NCBI GenBank assembly: GCA_963823655.1
Contig: CAWGMK010000007.1
Location: 64,001 to 128,000, forward strand
Direction of reading: 5' to 3'
DNA from: an uncultured Bacillota bacterium
Lineage (GTDB): Bacteria > Bacillota > DTU025 > MWDF01
Length of the DNA: 64,000 nucleotides
The translations under genes and the position numbers were made by a program. Under the pieces are notes generated by a model. It worked only from the letters and a program-made list of their open reading frames with translations, was not told the DNA's origin and did no database searches. Below, piece by piece: positions 1-10,330 of this stretch (the first letter of the stretch is position 1; the number at the start of each line of letters is the position of its first letter).

Positions 1-2
1 CG

Positions 3-506
3 GGAAGGTATGCCGTAAGGAGCATCGGAGATCTCGGCGAGACGGACTTCCTGATTTGTACCAACCATTGCGCCGCCACATGGAGCTATGACGAGAACCA
101 TGTAAAATCAACCATACCGATGACCGAGTATGGTCCGGAGACCGGCACATACAGCGGCTTGTCTGCGAGCGGCACCAGGTATTGGACTCAGTGGTGGAAT
201 GCCAAGTATAACTACGGAAAGATCGATAGGAACATGGTAATCGACTGGTACAGAGGACATTACTATATCAACAAGGATGGTATCCGCGTAGACAACATCT
301 GGGACGCGACCTACGGATGGGTTCCTGCGAACCTGAAGTCCACATCGGTCTGCCGTCATCAGAGCGGTTTCCCGGACACCATGAAGGGCACAACAGTTGA
401 CGCCAAAGTGGGCGTTGCACAGGATCTGGCATTCTACTTCACCAAGGGCCGCGGCCATGACTGGGTAGGGCCGTGGGACCTTCTCAGCCTGAAGAACAGG
501 CCATAA
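3..506 (+). CDS. C-terminal part of a probable C45-family peptidase / Ntn-hydrolase (5' end outside the window)
   Basis: The frame is open from position 3 and reads GRYAVRSIGDLGETDFLICTNH...; the RYAVR..GD.GE.DF...TNH pattern resembles C45 acyltransferase/peptidases. Confidence 0.55.
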   Translation, partial: GRYAVRSIGDLGETDFLICTNHCAATWSYDENHVKSTIPMTEYGPETGTYSGLSASGTRYWTQWWNAKYNYGKIDRNMVIDWYRGHYYINKDGIRVDNIWDATYGWVPANLKSTSVCRHQSGFPDTMKGTTVDAKVGVAQDLAFYFTKGRGHDWVGPWDLLSLKNRP

Positions 507-587
507 TCGAACAAACTACAATACGGGGCGCTCCGCTATTTGGGGCGCCCCAACCAGATACCAGCGCCGGAAGGAGGCGTTTCGTCT

Positions 588-1157
588 ATGAAAGCCCAAA
601 AGAAGCTGTTACTCATGCTTGCTTTATCTCTAGCGATCGCGATTGTAACAGGCGGTTTCACGGGAGCTGCCGTGACCATACCGAAATTCCCAAGCCCGAT
701 TCTCATTACCTGCACCGGCCAGACACCGGGCTCCCTCACGCTAAAGAGCTTTTTTGACGCTCTGGCGATAAAGGCGACCCATGATGAGCTGATTCTTCCA
801 TCGAAAATGGGAGGCTTCAAGACTCTTGTCATAGTCATGGGCGCAAGCCTTAAGGGCCTGGGAGCTGCCGGAATAGATCAGGACGAGGAGATGGAAAGGG
901 ATACTATCGTAGTAAAGAAGGCCAAGGATAGCGGCATGAAGATCGTTGCTGCACATATCGAAGGAACGGCAAGAAGGAATGCCATCGCAGACAAATTTAT
1001 AACGCCTTTCGTGCCCATGGCAGACTTCCTGCTCGTCCTTGAGGAGAGCAATCAGGACAAGCTCTTTACGCAACTATCGGAGAAATATAAGATACCTCTG
1101 CTGATATTCAAGGACTTTTCAGAGCTGCCTGCCATTTTGGAAAAGATGTTCAAGTAG
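588..1157 (+). CDS. DUF6305-family exported protein
   Basis: RBS AAGGAGG before ATG 588, signal peptide, and motifs PILITCTGQT, GASLKGLGAAGID and HIEGTARR. Confidence 0.75.
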   Translation: MKAQKKLLLMLALSLAIAIVTGGFTGAAVTIPKFPSPILITCTGQTPGSLTLKSFFDALAIKATHDELILPSKMGGFKTLVIVMGASLKGLGAAGIDQDEEMERDTIVVKKAKDSGMKIVAAHIEGTARRNAIADKFITPFVPMADFLLVLEESNQDKLFTQLSEKYKIPLLIFKDFSELPAILEKMFK

Positions 1158-1175
1158 CTTCTTTGTAATGCAACT

Positions 1176-2477
1176 TTGGAAGGGGTGGTGCAGTTGCCTG
1201 CCCATGTGATAATTGCAACGGCGGTAATGGTCCTTGCCTTTGCCGCCGGCTTAATTTTTCTTAAGAGATGGCCCATGGGGGCCTTGCTCATCATCGCTTC
1301 AGTCCTCTCTTCTATTGCCTCAGGTTTTGGATTTTCATTAAGGCACGTAGTAGAGGGCATGTTCACTTATCTGAATATCATCCTGATATGTGCTACCGGG
1401 ATAATTTTTCTAAAGTCGATAGAAGCATCGGGAGCCGCTGCCGCACTTACCCGCACACTGGTGGTCCGGCTATACAAGCAACGGGCGATCCTGATAATGG
1501 TAATAATGCTCCTTCTGCTCGTGCCCGGAGCTTTGACGGGGATTGCCGTAAATTCGGTGCTTAGCATCGGAGCCCTTGTCGCTCCGATAATGCTGGGAAT
1601 GGGCATCCCGCCCGTAAGGACAGCCGTAATAATCGGGACGGGGTCGATTCTCAGCATGCTGGTCCCTCCGACTAATCTCATCGCGATGTCCATCGCCGCG
1701 GGGATAAATGCTCCATTTGTAGGCTTTACGATCCCTACGTTCCTCCTCTCGGTACCTTTCGCACTGATTGTAGGACTTGTGATGGGGCTTCCCTATATGA
1801 AGCGCGTGAAACTTGAGGATCTTGTAGGCTCATTGCCAAAAGTAGAGGTGAAAAATGTCCTTCTTTCTTGGGTGCCGTTCATCCTTGTAATAGGACTTAT
1901 GGTACTTATAAGGGCTTTCCCGTCTACGGTGCCTGACATCGGGACTCCCCTCGTATTTATCATCGGTACCCTGGCAGCGGCCATTACCGGGAAAAGGTTC
2001 AACGTCCTCAAGCTCACAACCGACGCTCTGAGCGGCCCGATGCTAAATATCCTGGAACTGCTTCTTGGGGTCGGTGTTTTCGTTCAGATTGCAAGCCTTA
2101 CCGGGATAAGGGGAATGCTGGTTACAGGCTCGCTAAGCCTTCCTAAGCTGTTGGCATATCCCGCAGCGGCGATAAGCCTCATCCTGGCGGGCGGTTTCCT
2201 GTCTCCGTTCGGTGCGGCATCGGTCTTTGCGGTGCCGTTTGCCCTGTTCTTCCTGGACAGGAACCAGATAATCACAATCGCCGCGCTCTCTTTGCTTTGC
2301 GCTTTGTCCCAGTTTATGCCCCCAACAGCCATAGCCGGAAGGTTCTCGGCCGATGTTGCCGGAGTCAAGGACTATGGAAAGGTATGGCGGGCATCTCTCA
2401 TTCCAACGGGTATCCTGGCCCTTGTCGCCCTTGCAGTAATCTTCTGGGCGGACAAAATTGCCAGGGTTATCCTTTAG
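1176..2477 (+). CDS. TRAP/DctM-like (ion transporter superfamily) permease
   Basis: About 430 aa, highly hydrophobic, with LVPPTN and QFMPPTA motifs. The true start may be GTG 1188. Confidence 0.75.
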   Translation: MEGVVQLPAHVIIATAVMVLAFAAGLIFLKRWPMGALLIIASVLSSIASGFGFSLRHVVEGMFTYLNIILICATGIIFLKSIEASGAAAALTRTLVVRLYKQRAILIMVIMLLLLVPGALTGIAVNSVLSIGALVAPIMLGMGIPPVRTAVIIGTGSILSMLVPPTNLIAMSIAAGINAPFVGFTIPTFLLSVPFALIVGLVMGLPYMKRVKLEDLVGSLPKVEVKNVLLSWVPFILVIGLMVLIRAFPSTVPDIGTPLVFIIGTLAAAITGKRFNVLKLTTDALSGPMLNILELLLGVGVFVQIASLTGIRGMLVTGSLSLPKLLAYPAAAISLILAGGFLSPFGAASVFAVPFALFFLDRNQIITIAALSLLCALSQFMPPTAIAGRFSADVAGVKDYGKVWRASLIPTGILALVALAVIFWADKIARVIL

Positions 2478-2491
2478 GGAGGGGAAGTTTA

Positions 2492-2638
2492 ATGCTCAAT
2501 ATCGTTTACAGAATAATGCTTGGCGCAATAACACTCGCTTTGATATGGAACACCATAAAGCTCAAGGAGCCGCGCAAGCAGTACATGTCGGCCTTGTTGA
2601 TAATACCCTTTGTACTCAGGATAATTGGCGTTAAGTAA
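2492..2638 (+). CDS. Small 48-aa two-TM membrane protein
   Basis: RBS GGGAGG, ATG 2492, MLNIVYRIMLGAITLALIWNT...PFVLRIIGVK. It fills the gap inside the operon. Confidence 0.7.
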   Translation: MLNIVYRIMLGAITLALIWNTIKLKEPRKQYMSALLIIPFVLRIIGVK

Positions 2639-2647
2639 GGGGGCGGG

Positions 2648-3784
2648 GTGATGAATCAGAAACTGCGCACAGAGTATTTCGGCCTGCTGATGCTGGCGGC
2701 GGCCGTGATTGTTATTGTCCTTGTCACCCCTGCCTTCACAAGCATGTGGAAGCAGGATCTTATTGTGCCCGGGCCGGGCGTGACAAGGCAGACCAAGTTG
2801 TCAGAATATTTTCCCGATCTTGCAGGAACTCCGCTGGATACGGACATTTACATTTTGGAAGGCAAGGAGGCCGGCGGAACCACACTGGTGATGAGCGGGG
2901 TGCATTGCAATGAGCCCGGAGCCTACCTCAGCTCGATATTGATTACGGAATACGGCAGCGTCAGCAAGGGCCGGCTCATCGTTGTGCCCGCTACAAACTT
3001 AAGCGGCTTCACTTGTTCGGACCCCGGAGAGGGAGCGCCTCAGAGATTTACTATAGAGACTCCTAACGGCCCCAGGACTTTCAAATATGGATCCCGAGCC
3101 ATAAATCCGATACATTCCTGGCCCGATCCGGAGGTATTCGTGCATTATCCATCAGGTCAGAGGCTGTCCGGCGAAGAGACAAGGAATATTAACCGGGCAT
3201 TCCCGGGAAAACCGGATGGAACTGCGGCCGAAAAGGTCTGTTACGGGATTACACAGATTATCGAGAAAGAAGGAGTGGATCTCGTAATAGACTTGCATGA
3301 AGCGATGCCTGAGTACCCGAATATCAATGTGATTGTGGCCCACCAGAAGGCATTGAGCCTGGCAGCCATGGCCCAGATGAAGATGCTTATAGCGGGAATC
3401 CAGATTTCATTAAGTCCCTCGCCCGTCAATTTTCACGGGCTATCCCACAGAGAATTGGGCGACAGCACAAGCGCCCTCTCTGTCCTTATGGAGGCGCCGC
3501 ACCTTGCCTTCGGAAGGCTGAGATCGGAGACTACCTCCGATCTGATACTTACCGGCAAGGATCCTTTCTATATAATCGGCGCCAAGCTCGGCAGGCTATT
3601 CGTGCCGTATACCGAAGCTGGCTGGCCAATTGAGGTCAGGGTGGCAAGGCATGTGACAGGGATTAAGAGCCTTGTTGAGGCATTGGGAACAACGAAACCG
3701 GGCAAGGATTTGATAGTGGAGTGGCCCACATATAAGGAAATCATAGCAAACGGAGTCGGGGCATATCTAAGCGCCCCAATCTAG
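2648..3784 (+). CDS. Succinylglutamate desuccinylase/aspartoacylase-family (M14-like) deacylase with N-terminal membrane anchor
   Basis: Zinc-carboxypeptidase-like motifs GVHCNE, NINRAFPG and DLHE. Confidence 0.85.
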   Translation: MMNQKLRTEYFGLLMLAAAVIVIVLVTPAFTSMWKQDLIVPGPGVTRQTKLSEYFPDLAGTPLDTDIYILEGKEAGGTTLVMSGVHCNEPGAYLSSILITEYGSVSKGRLIVVPATNLSGFTCSDPGEGAPQRFTIETPNGPRTFKYGSRAINPIHSWPDPEVFVHYPSGQRLSGEETRNINRAFPGKPDGTAAEKVCYGITQIIEKEGVDLVIDLHEAMPEYPNINVIVAHQKALSLAAMAQMKMLIAGIQISLSPSPVNFHGLSHRELGDSTSALSVLMEAPHLAFGRLRSETTSDLILTGKDPFYIIGAKLGRLFVPYTEAGWPIEVRVARHVTGIKSLVEALGTTKPGKDLIVEWPTYKEIIANGVGAYLSAPI

Positions 3785-3818
3785 CCATATAGCTGACTAT
3801 CCCTCACCTCAAACAAGC

Positions 3819-3859
3819 AAAAAGCAGAGGCCAGATGCAATTTCTGGCCTCTGCTTTTT
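3819..3859. terminator. Bidirectional rho-independent terminator
   Basis: AAAAAGCAGAGGCCAGA-loop-TCTGGCCTCTGCTTTTT between convergent genes. Confidence 0.85.
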
Positions 3860-3872
3860 AATTGAACGTAGA

Positions 3873-4592
3873 TCAATATTCGGAAGGGCCCGTGATGCTA
3901 ACGAAGTCGATGAGGTCCATCGGAGTGAGTATCCCCAGCGGCCTTTCGTAATCCTTTCCGGTTTCGGTAATCATCAGGGCCGGATATCCCTCATCATACT
4001 GCTGAAAATAGGCAAGCGCCTCATAGACTGTCGCATCCTTGGATATGTAGCATTTCTGCTTGCAACTTGCCGGCATGAGCTCGTCAACGCTCACGGATCC
4101 GGCAGGAGGCATTGAACCCTCGGCGTGCCTCTCCAGCCATTTTGCCGTATCCTCCCTGCGAAGGAAGAAGTACCTGCCGCCTTTTTCCACAACGACCTGT
4201 GAGAAATCATTCTGGAGCATGTGCCTCAAAGCCTTGCTCAGAGGATCCCTACTGTTGAATACCGCCGGCAATGTGGGGCTTTTCCGATCGTATACCGTCA
4301 TGGGCCTGGCTAATGCCTCGAATATCTCGGAGAGCCTGTCGATTATGTCCTCACGGGGATCAGCCAGCGGTTTCCCGTCCCTGTAATTCTCATGCGTGAC
4401 AACATTCCTAAGCCTGTTTATGACTTCAAGGTCGTCGTCATAGCGCCTGATTACGTACTTTACGCGCCTGTCGTTGGCCAGGATGTTCTTCTTCTCGATG
4501 AAGCTTACCTTCGTCCCGTCCAGCAGATACTCGAAATAGTGGTCAAGCTTGTTGAATTCCTCTATGAAACGTTCCGCGTTAGCCAAGAGCAT
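3873..4592 (-). CDS. CBS-domain protein with N-terminal helical domain
   Basis: NAERFIEEFN...LRNVVTH N-terminus; CBS pair (FSQVVV, PLGILTPMD). Confidence 0.75.
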   Translation of the reverse strand: MLLANAERFIEEFNKLDHYFEYLLDGTKVSFIEKKNILANDRRVKYVIRRYDDDLEVINRLRNVVTHENYRDGKPLADPREDIIDRLSEIFEALARPMTVYDRKSPTLPAVFNSRDPLSKALRHMLQNDFSQVVVEKGGRYFFLRREDTAKWLERHAEGSMPPAGSVSVDELMPASCKQKCYISKDATVYEALAYFQQYDEGYPALMITETGKDYERPLGILTPMDLIDFVSITGPSEY

Positions 4593-4606
4593 CCCTCCAA
4601 GAGGCT

Positions 4607-5977
4607 TTATGATTCAACCGGCCCCTCAGCCAAGTTCTCATACTTCGTATATTCCTTCTTCCAGAAGAGGTTGAATTCGCCGATCGGGCCATTCCTCTGC
4701 TTGGCGATTATGATCTTGACTATCCTCGCCTTGGAAGGGTCCTTTTTCAGGACGTTCGCATCATCTTCCCTGTGGATGAACATCACCACGTCTGCGGTCT
4801 GCTCGATTTCGCCCGACTCCTTCAGATGAGACAGCCTTGGAAGTTTATCCGCCGATGATTCAACCGACCTGGATAGCTGCGCAAGGCATAGGACAGGGAC
4901 TTCCATCTCCCTTGCGATGGATTTAAGGTCCCTTGTAATCTCAGCCACTTCCTGCTGGCGGTTTTCGATCCTGCCCCTGCCGGAGATGAGCTGCAGGTAA
5001 TCTATGATTATCAAGGAGAGCTTGTTCTCGGCCTTAAGCCTTCTAGCCCTTGCCCTGATATCAAGCGTCGTCATGTTGGACGTATCGTCTATGAAAATGG
5101 GCGCCCTGGAGAGAAGCCCGACCGTATCGCTCAGCTTGTACCAGTCGCCCTCCATCAGAAGGCCCTTCCTGAGCTTCTGGCCATCAATCTCCGCCCTTGC
5201 GCTTATCATTCTCTGCGCGAGCTGCTCTGCCGCCATTTCAAGTGAGCAGATGAAGACCGGTTTGCCCCCGTCAACCGCGACATTTTCGGCGATATTCAAG
5301 GCGAGCGCGGTCTTACCGACCGACGGGCGCGCCGCGATGATTATAAGCTCTGAGTTCTGGAACCCGGACAGGAAATCGTCCATCTTGATGAAACCCGTCT
5401 CAAGCCCTGTGAGTCGCCCCTTTTCGCCATATATCTTTTCTATTTGCTGATACGTGGCGTCCATGACCGTGCGCATGTCCTTTATGTCGCCGGTCCTCTG
5501 CCTTTTAGCGAGGCTCAGCACCATCTGCTCCGCCTTGTCCAGGGATTCTTCTACTCCCAAGGATTCGGTAAAGCCGATGCCGGTGATGTCCATGCCGGCC
5601 TTGACCAGGCTGCGCATGACGGACTTGGCCTTCACGATATTGGCGTAGTTGGAGGCGTTGGCGGGCGTGGGGACGGTGTTGGCCAGATGGGATATATAGG
5701 AGGCGCCGCCTACAGAATCGAGCTTGCCGGCATTGCGGAGCATCTCCGTGACCGTAACAAGGTCGACAGGCTCGCCCCTGTCGAAGAGGTCCTTTATGGC
5801 TGTGAAGAGGTAGCGGTGGTTCTCGTGGTAGAAGTCCGCGGCCTCGAGCTTGTCGACTACCTTATCTATGGCCTCCCTGTCGAGCAGCATTGCCCCCAGG
5901 GCCGATTGCTCGGCCTGGATGTTCTGCGGAGGCACCCTGTCGTAAAGGTTCTTGTCGTCGTTCGCCAAAGGACTCAT
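4607..5977 (-). CDS. dnaB: Replicative DNA helicase
   Basis: PPQNIQAEQSALG, Walker A ARPSVGKT, IIIDYLQL, LAQLSR, KQRNGP. Confidence 0.97.
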   Translation of the reverse strand: MSPLANDDKNLYDRVPPQNIQAEQSALGAMLLDREAIDKVVDKLEAADFYHENHRYLFTAIKDLFDRGEPVDLVTVTEMLRNAGKLDSVGGASYISHLANTVPTPANASNYANIVKAKSVMRSLVKAGMDITGIGFTESLGVEESLDKAEQMVLSLAKRQRTGDIKDMRTVMDATYQQIEKIYGEKGRLTGLETGFIKMDDFLSGFQNSELIIIAARPSVGKTALALNIAENVAVDGGKPVFICSLEMAAEQLAQRMISARAEIDGQKLRKGLLMEGDWYKLSDTVGLLSRAPIFIDDTSNMTTLDIRARARRLKAENKLSLIIIDYLQLISGRGRIENRQQEVAEITRDLKSIAREMEVPVLCLAQLSRSVESSADKLPRLSHLKESGEIEQTADVVMFIHREDDANVLKKDPSKARIVKIIIAKQRNGPIGEFNLFWKKEYTKYENLAEGPVES

Positions 5978-7932
5978 CTCCCGTCGTCGGATTCTATGCC
6001 GCCCTCCGTCAGCTTATAGCCGGCGAAGGCGTGATCGAAGCATTCCCTGACGTCGTCCACAGGTACTATCGTTATGCCGGTGATGTCTGACGGCACGTCC
6101 TTGATATTCCCCTTGGGTATCAGCACCTTGCGGATCCCGGCCTGCTTGGCCCCGTAGATCTTCTCGAAGATGCCGCCTACTTCCTTGACCTTGCCCTGGA
6201 TGGAGATCTCGCCCGTCACGGCCACATCCTGCATGATCTTAATGCCTTTCGCCGCGCTGAGCATAGCCAGCAGTATCGCAGCGCCCGCGGAAGGCCCTTC
6301 GATGTTGCCCCCGCCCACTACGTTTACATGCACGTCGTATTTGTAAAGCTCCTCGCCCGTAATCGAGCGGAAGACGGCGCCCGCGTTGAAGACCGAGTCC
6401 TTGGCCATGGAGCCGGCCGTCTCGTTGAACCTTATCGCGCCCTTGTCATCCTTCCTGATGAATGCCACGGCCTCGATTTCTATCACCGAGCCCAGGAAGC
6501 CCGATACGCCAAGTCCGAATATCTTTCCGACCTCAGGGGTGTTGGACGCCCTGATGTGCACGTACGGTGCCATCCTGCCCGCCCTGATGGCCTCCTCCAG
6601 ATGAAGCTTCGTGATGAGCACGTCTTTGCTTCCGCCGGTCTCATAAAGCGCGAAAGAGTATGCGTCAATAAGAAGGCTTGTGGCCTTCCTGCCCTCGATA
6701 GTGTAGTCGGATATCATCTCCGGCACCCCGGCTTCGATGCTCACGCCAAGCCGAGTTGCCGCATTCGATGCGATCTTCTGCACATCGTGCTGGGTCAAAG
6801 GCTCGAAGAATACTTCGGCGCAGCGGCTTCTCAGCGCCGGGGAAAGGTACTCCGGCTCCCTTGTCGTGGCTCCGATTAGCATGAAGTCCGCGGGGGCTCC
6901 CTTTTCGAACAGCCTTCTTATGTACTCAGGGACGCTCTTGTCCTCAGGGTCATAGTAGGAAGACTCGAAGGCCACCCTCTTGTCCTCCATCACCTTAAGC
7001 AGCTTGTTCAGGAGTATCGGGTCCATCTCGCCTATCTCGTCAATGAACAGCACTCCGCCGTGGGCCTCTGATACGAGCCCCAGCTTCGGCTCAGGCACGC
7101 CGCCTTCGGCCAGGTCGCGTTTCGCCCCCTGGTAGATGGGGTCATGCACGCTGCCCATCAAAGGGTTGACTATGTCGCGCGGGTCCCAGCGCAGGGTTGT
7201 TCCGTCCACTTCGACGAACCTTGCGTCTGTCCCGAAGGGTGTATACTTCGCCTTCTTGGCCTCCTCCAGGACGAGCCTGGCTGCCGACGTCTTGCCGACG
7301 CCGGGAGGACCATAGAGGATCACATGCTGGGGAAACGGGCTCGATATCTTCGCCATAAGGGCCTTTATCGCCCGATCCTGGCCTATTATCTGTGCCAGCT
7401 CGGAGGGCTTCACAGCCTCCATGGCGGAGGTGATGAGCTTCCTGTCCTCAAGCTCCTTCAAATTCTCAAGCTTCTTCTGTGTTTCCGCGGTCTCCGGGCC
7501 GGCTTCAGATGTAAGCAGCTGCTTCTTGACGTCCTTTACGTACTCCTCGTGCTTCTGCTGGAGCTTGTCCGTGACCTTGCGCTCTATGCTGTCATCAAGC
7601 CTTTTCCTTGCTATCATCTCGGCCACTTCGTCCTCGAGGTCCTCCATGGCGGAGGGAAGCTCGTCGAAGTTGGGGGCTACAGTGATAGTGGGGTCCAGGA
7701 ACACTATGCGCTGCAGGGCCATGACCTTTTCGGCCAGGTCCTCCGAGCGCATGAGCGTAAGGGACTCAAGCTTGCCTGCCTTCAGGATGAGGCGGTCGGC
7801 CCCCATCAGGTCTGACAGCATGGACATCATTGAAGAGACCCTAAGGGCCATTTCCTCTATTGCGCCGGGATGCTCCCACCACAGAAGCTCGCCGGTTTTC
7901 GGTTTTTCATCGTTCTTCTTGAAAAGTCCCAT
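5974..7932 (-). CDS. lonC: LonC-type Lon-family ATP-dependent protease
   Basis: GPPGVGKT, LFIDEIGE, GPSAG catalytic Ser and a downstream Lys; located between rplI and dnaB. Confidence 0.88.
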   Translation of the reverse strand: MGLFKKNDEKPKTGELLWWEHPGAIEEMALRVSSMMSMLSDLMGADRLILKAGKLESLTLMRSEDLAEKVMALQRIVFLDPTITVAPNFDELPSAMEDLEDEVAEMIARKRLDDSIERKVTDKLQQKHEEYVKDVKKQLLTSEAGPETAETQKKLENLKELEDRKLITSAMEAVKPSELAQIIGQDRAIKALMAKISSPFPQHVILYGPPGVGKTSAARLVLEEAKKAKYTPFGTDARFVEVDGTTLRWDPRDIVNPLMGSVHDPIYQGAKRDLAEGGVPEPKLGLVSEAHGGVLFIDEIGEMDPILLNKLLKVMEDKRVAFESSYYDPEDKSVPEYIRRLFEKGAPADFMLIGATTREPEYLSPALRSRCAEVFFEPLTQHDVQKIASNAATRLGVSIEAGVPEMISDYTIEGRKATSLLIDAYSFALYETGGSKDVLITKLHLEEAIRAGRMAPYVHIRASNTPEVGKIFGLGVSGFLGSVIEIEAVAFIRKDDKGAIRFNETAGSMAKDSVFNAGAVFRSITGEELYKYDVHVNVVGGGNIEGPSAGAAILLAMLSAAKGIKIMQDVAVTGEISIQGKVKEVGGIFEKIYGAKQAGIRKVLIPKGNIKDVPSDITGITIVPVDDVRECFDHAFAGYKLTEGGIESDDGR

Positions 7933-7939
7933 CAGGCAT

Positions 7940-8389
7940 CTACTCCAAAGGCTGTATGGTAAGTCTTAACTTCGAGGCTATTCCGGACATCAGCCAAATC
8001 TCCGCCTCGTAATCGCCTACTGTCTTTATGTGCTCGGGCATCTCTATCTTCTTCTTGTCGATCTCAAGGTTCAAAAGCTCCTTGAGGGCCTTTGATACGT
8101 CCGCCGACGTTACGGTGCCGTAAAGCCTGCCGCCCTCGCCGCACTTTACGCGAAGCGTAATGCCGCTTTCCTTGAGCTGGCGGGCAAGCTGCCTTGCCTG
8201 CTGCTCCTCGCGCTCGTGCCTGTTCTGGGCCGAGATCTTTATATCCTCGACCTTTTTGAGCTCGGCTGCTGTGGCCTCTATCCCCAGCTTCCTGGGGAAG
8301 AGGTAATTTCTCGCATACCCGTCGGCAACCTCGATTACCTGGCCCTTCTTGCCGATGGCCTTAATGTCCTGCAAAAGTATGACTTTCAT
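7940..8389 (-). CDS. rplI: 50S ribosomal protein L9
   Basis: [32 protein letters not shown]. Confidence 0.97.
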   Translation of the reverse strand: MKVILLQDIKAIGKKGQVIEVADGYARNYLFPRKLGIEATAAELKKVEDIKISAQNRHEREEQQARQLARQLKESGITLRVKCGEGGRLYGTVTSADVSKALKELLNLEIDKKKIEMPEHIKTVGDYEAEIWLMSGIASKLRLTIQPLE

Positions 8390-8489
8390 CCAGAGCCCGC
8401 CGCGGATTCCCAAAGGAACACTTCCTGCGGCTCCCTCCTTTTTCTGTAGTCCTTATTATTTCCCCTCGGGCGGGCAGTTTTCCTTCGCC

Positions 8490-9449
8490 CTAATGCCTGA
8501 GTCTCCTGAAATCGTAGAAACTGTCTAATACCCCTGCGTATGGCAGCAGCCCCGAGAAGAACGGGGTGACGTAGATGAAAACGCAAGCCACAAAGCGCAG
8601 GAACTTGGGCACATTGTTCTTCCTCATGTAGAACCAGACGAGAGACATCGCATGGACCATGTAAAGGAGCATGGAGCCCGTAAATAGGTTGTCGCCTATG
8701 GTAACGATTATCGGCACCTTAAGGTAATTGCCCAAAAGAGGCAGCGCGAGGCCCATTATGGGGGCCCAGACGAGCACGATAGGCATGGCCCAGGTCTCAA
8801 ACGCGTCTATGGGCTGCACTTTCGTCTTCATGCGAAGCAGCACTGCCCTGACTATGGCATAAGCTGCAAGGGCGAACAGCAGGCCGGAGAGAATGAGGAA
8901 GGCCGGTAGAAGCTGCTTGAGGACCACCGCGGTCTTGGCCGCCATCTCCTCCAGCTGGCTCATTACTTCCGGGGTGGCGCCGAGCTTCTCATAGATGCCC
9001 TTGGACACCTCCACGGAATCCGCCATTGCCTGGTGTATCTCATCCCATGCCTTCTGAGGCGAAATCCCCATGGCGAGGGCGCCCAGCAGGAAATCTACGA
9101 CGGTGGTCACGGCTATCACAAGTCCCGTTATTATGGTCGACTTGGCCCACCCAAGGCCCTTCTTCATGCAAAGACCGAGCACTATGCCGGGAAGCCCTAC
9201 TATGGCAAGGCAGATCAGCCCGTCCAGCGGGCCCATGATAAGGCCGGTTCCAAGAGCCGCCACTATCGAGGCCATGATCCCAGCCCTTGCCCCATGCCTT
9301 TGGGTTATTAGCGCGGCCGGGACAGGATACGCCACTGTCAGCAGCATCTGGGTCGCAGGACCGAGTATGTACATTACTACGGCCACCGCCGCGAATACCG
9401 CGCCTTCTACAACGGCCCTCGTGCTCATGACCCTCTCATTTTCCCTCAT
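8490..9449 (-). CDS. YybS/DUF2232-family membrane protein
   Basis: TRAVVEGAVFAA start, GVLDSFYDFRR end, conserved position between rpsR and rplI. Confidence 0.85.
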   Translation of the reverse strand: MRENERVMSTRAVVEGAVFAAVAVVMYILGPATQMLLTVAYPVPAALITQRHGARAGIMASIVAALGTGLIMGPLDGLICLAIVGLPGIVLGLCMKKGLGWAKSTIITGLVIAVTTVVDFLLGALAMGISPQKAWDEIHQAMADSVEVSKGIYEKLGATPEVMSQLEEMAAKTAVVLKQLLPAFLILSGLLFALAAYAIVRAVLLRMKTKVQPIDAFETWAMPIVLVWAPIMGLALPLLGNYLKVPIIVTIGDNLFTGSMLLYMVHAMSLVWFYMRKNNVPKFLRFVACVFIYVTPFFSGLLPYAGVLDSFYDFRRLRH

Positions 9450-9527
9450 CAGCTACCTCGCTCATCCCCGGGCCGCCGGCTTTTTAAAGCAAGCTTTGCC
9501 CGATTTCGATGCGCACAATTAAACATA

Positions 9528-9558
9528 CGGGACTCCCCGGGATACCCGGAGAGTCCCG
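9528..9558 (-). terminator. Probable terminator hairpin after rpsR
   Basis: CGGGACTC...GAGTCCCG stem followed by TATGTTT on the minus strand. Confidence 0.5.
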
Positions 9559-9579
9559 ACGATAGATACCCTCTTCGCC

Positions 9580-9819
9580 TTATTCCGCGGTGAATGGCAG
9601 CAGGGCGATATGCCTGGACCTCTTGATCGCCTCGGTTACCTGGCGCTGATGCTTTGCGCAGCAGCCGCTTATCCTGCGGGGCATTATCTTGCCGCGCTCG
9701 TTTATGTACCTGCGCAGCTTTCCTAGATCCTTGTAATCTATATCGGTGGCGTGGTCCACACAGAACGTACATACGCGCCTGCGGGCCTTGCGGCCACCCT
9801 TCTCACGTTTGATCATCAT
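9580..9819 (-). CDS. rpsR: 30S ribosomal protein S18 (zinc-binding C+ form)
   Basis: CTFC...IDYKD...[17 protein letters not shown]. Confidence 0.97.
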   Translation of the reverse strand: MMIKREKGGRKARRRVCTFCVDHATDIDYKDLGKLRRYINERGKIMPRRISGCCAKHQRQVTEAIKRSRHIALLPFTAE

Positions 9820-9856
9820 TTGACAACAGTCCTCCTAAATTGGTCTTGCATAGATA

Positions 9857-10285
9857 TCAGAACGGCGGCTCGTCTGCGAGTTCCTCCACTGCGAAATCGT
9901 CTTGTATCTCGTCCGAAGTCCCGCCTTCGTGAGGCTGCTGTGGACGCGGTGCAGCGCTTTCGCCCCTTCTGGGCTCAAGGAACATCACTCTGCCGGCAAC
10001 TACTTCCCAGGCTCTGCGCTTCTGGCCTTCCTGGGTCTCGTAGGAGCGCACCTGCAGCCTTCCCTCGACTGCCGTCATGTGCCCCTTCTTGACGTAATTG
10101 CTTACGTTTTCCGCCTGCTTGTCCCAGACGACTATGTCTATGAAGTCAGCCTGGTTCTTGCCGCTTTGGTCCTTAACGCCCCTGTCCACTGCGAGCGTGA
10201 ACTTCGCGACCGCCTTACCGCTCTGCGTGTAGCTTAGCACCGGGTCCTGAGTCAGTCTTCCGATAAGTATGACCCTGTTTAACAT
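9857..10285 (-). CDS. ssb: Single-stranded DNA-binding protein
   Basis: MLNRVILIGRLT, VEGRLQVRSY, acidic tail DEPPF. Confidence 0.97.
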   Translation of the reverse strand: MLNRVILIGRLTQDPVLSYTQSGKAVAKFTLAVDRGVKDQSGKNQADFIDIVVWDKQAENVSNYVKKGHMTAVEGRLQVRSYETQEGQKRRAWEVVAGRVMFLEPRRGESAAPRPQQPHEGGTSDEIQDDFAVEELADEPPF

Positions 10286-10330
10286 CTACGACACCACCTT
10301 GCTGGTATTCGGTCCGGGCAAAAGGTCCTA

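Noticed and set aside
4060-7969. Long antisense ORFs over the CBS gene, dnaB and lonC (similar ones over mnmE, gyrB, gyrA and the E2-like genes)
   Set aside because: They lie opposite well-supported genes and show no family motifs.
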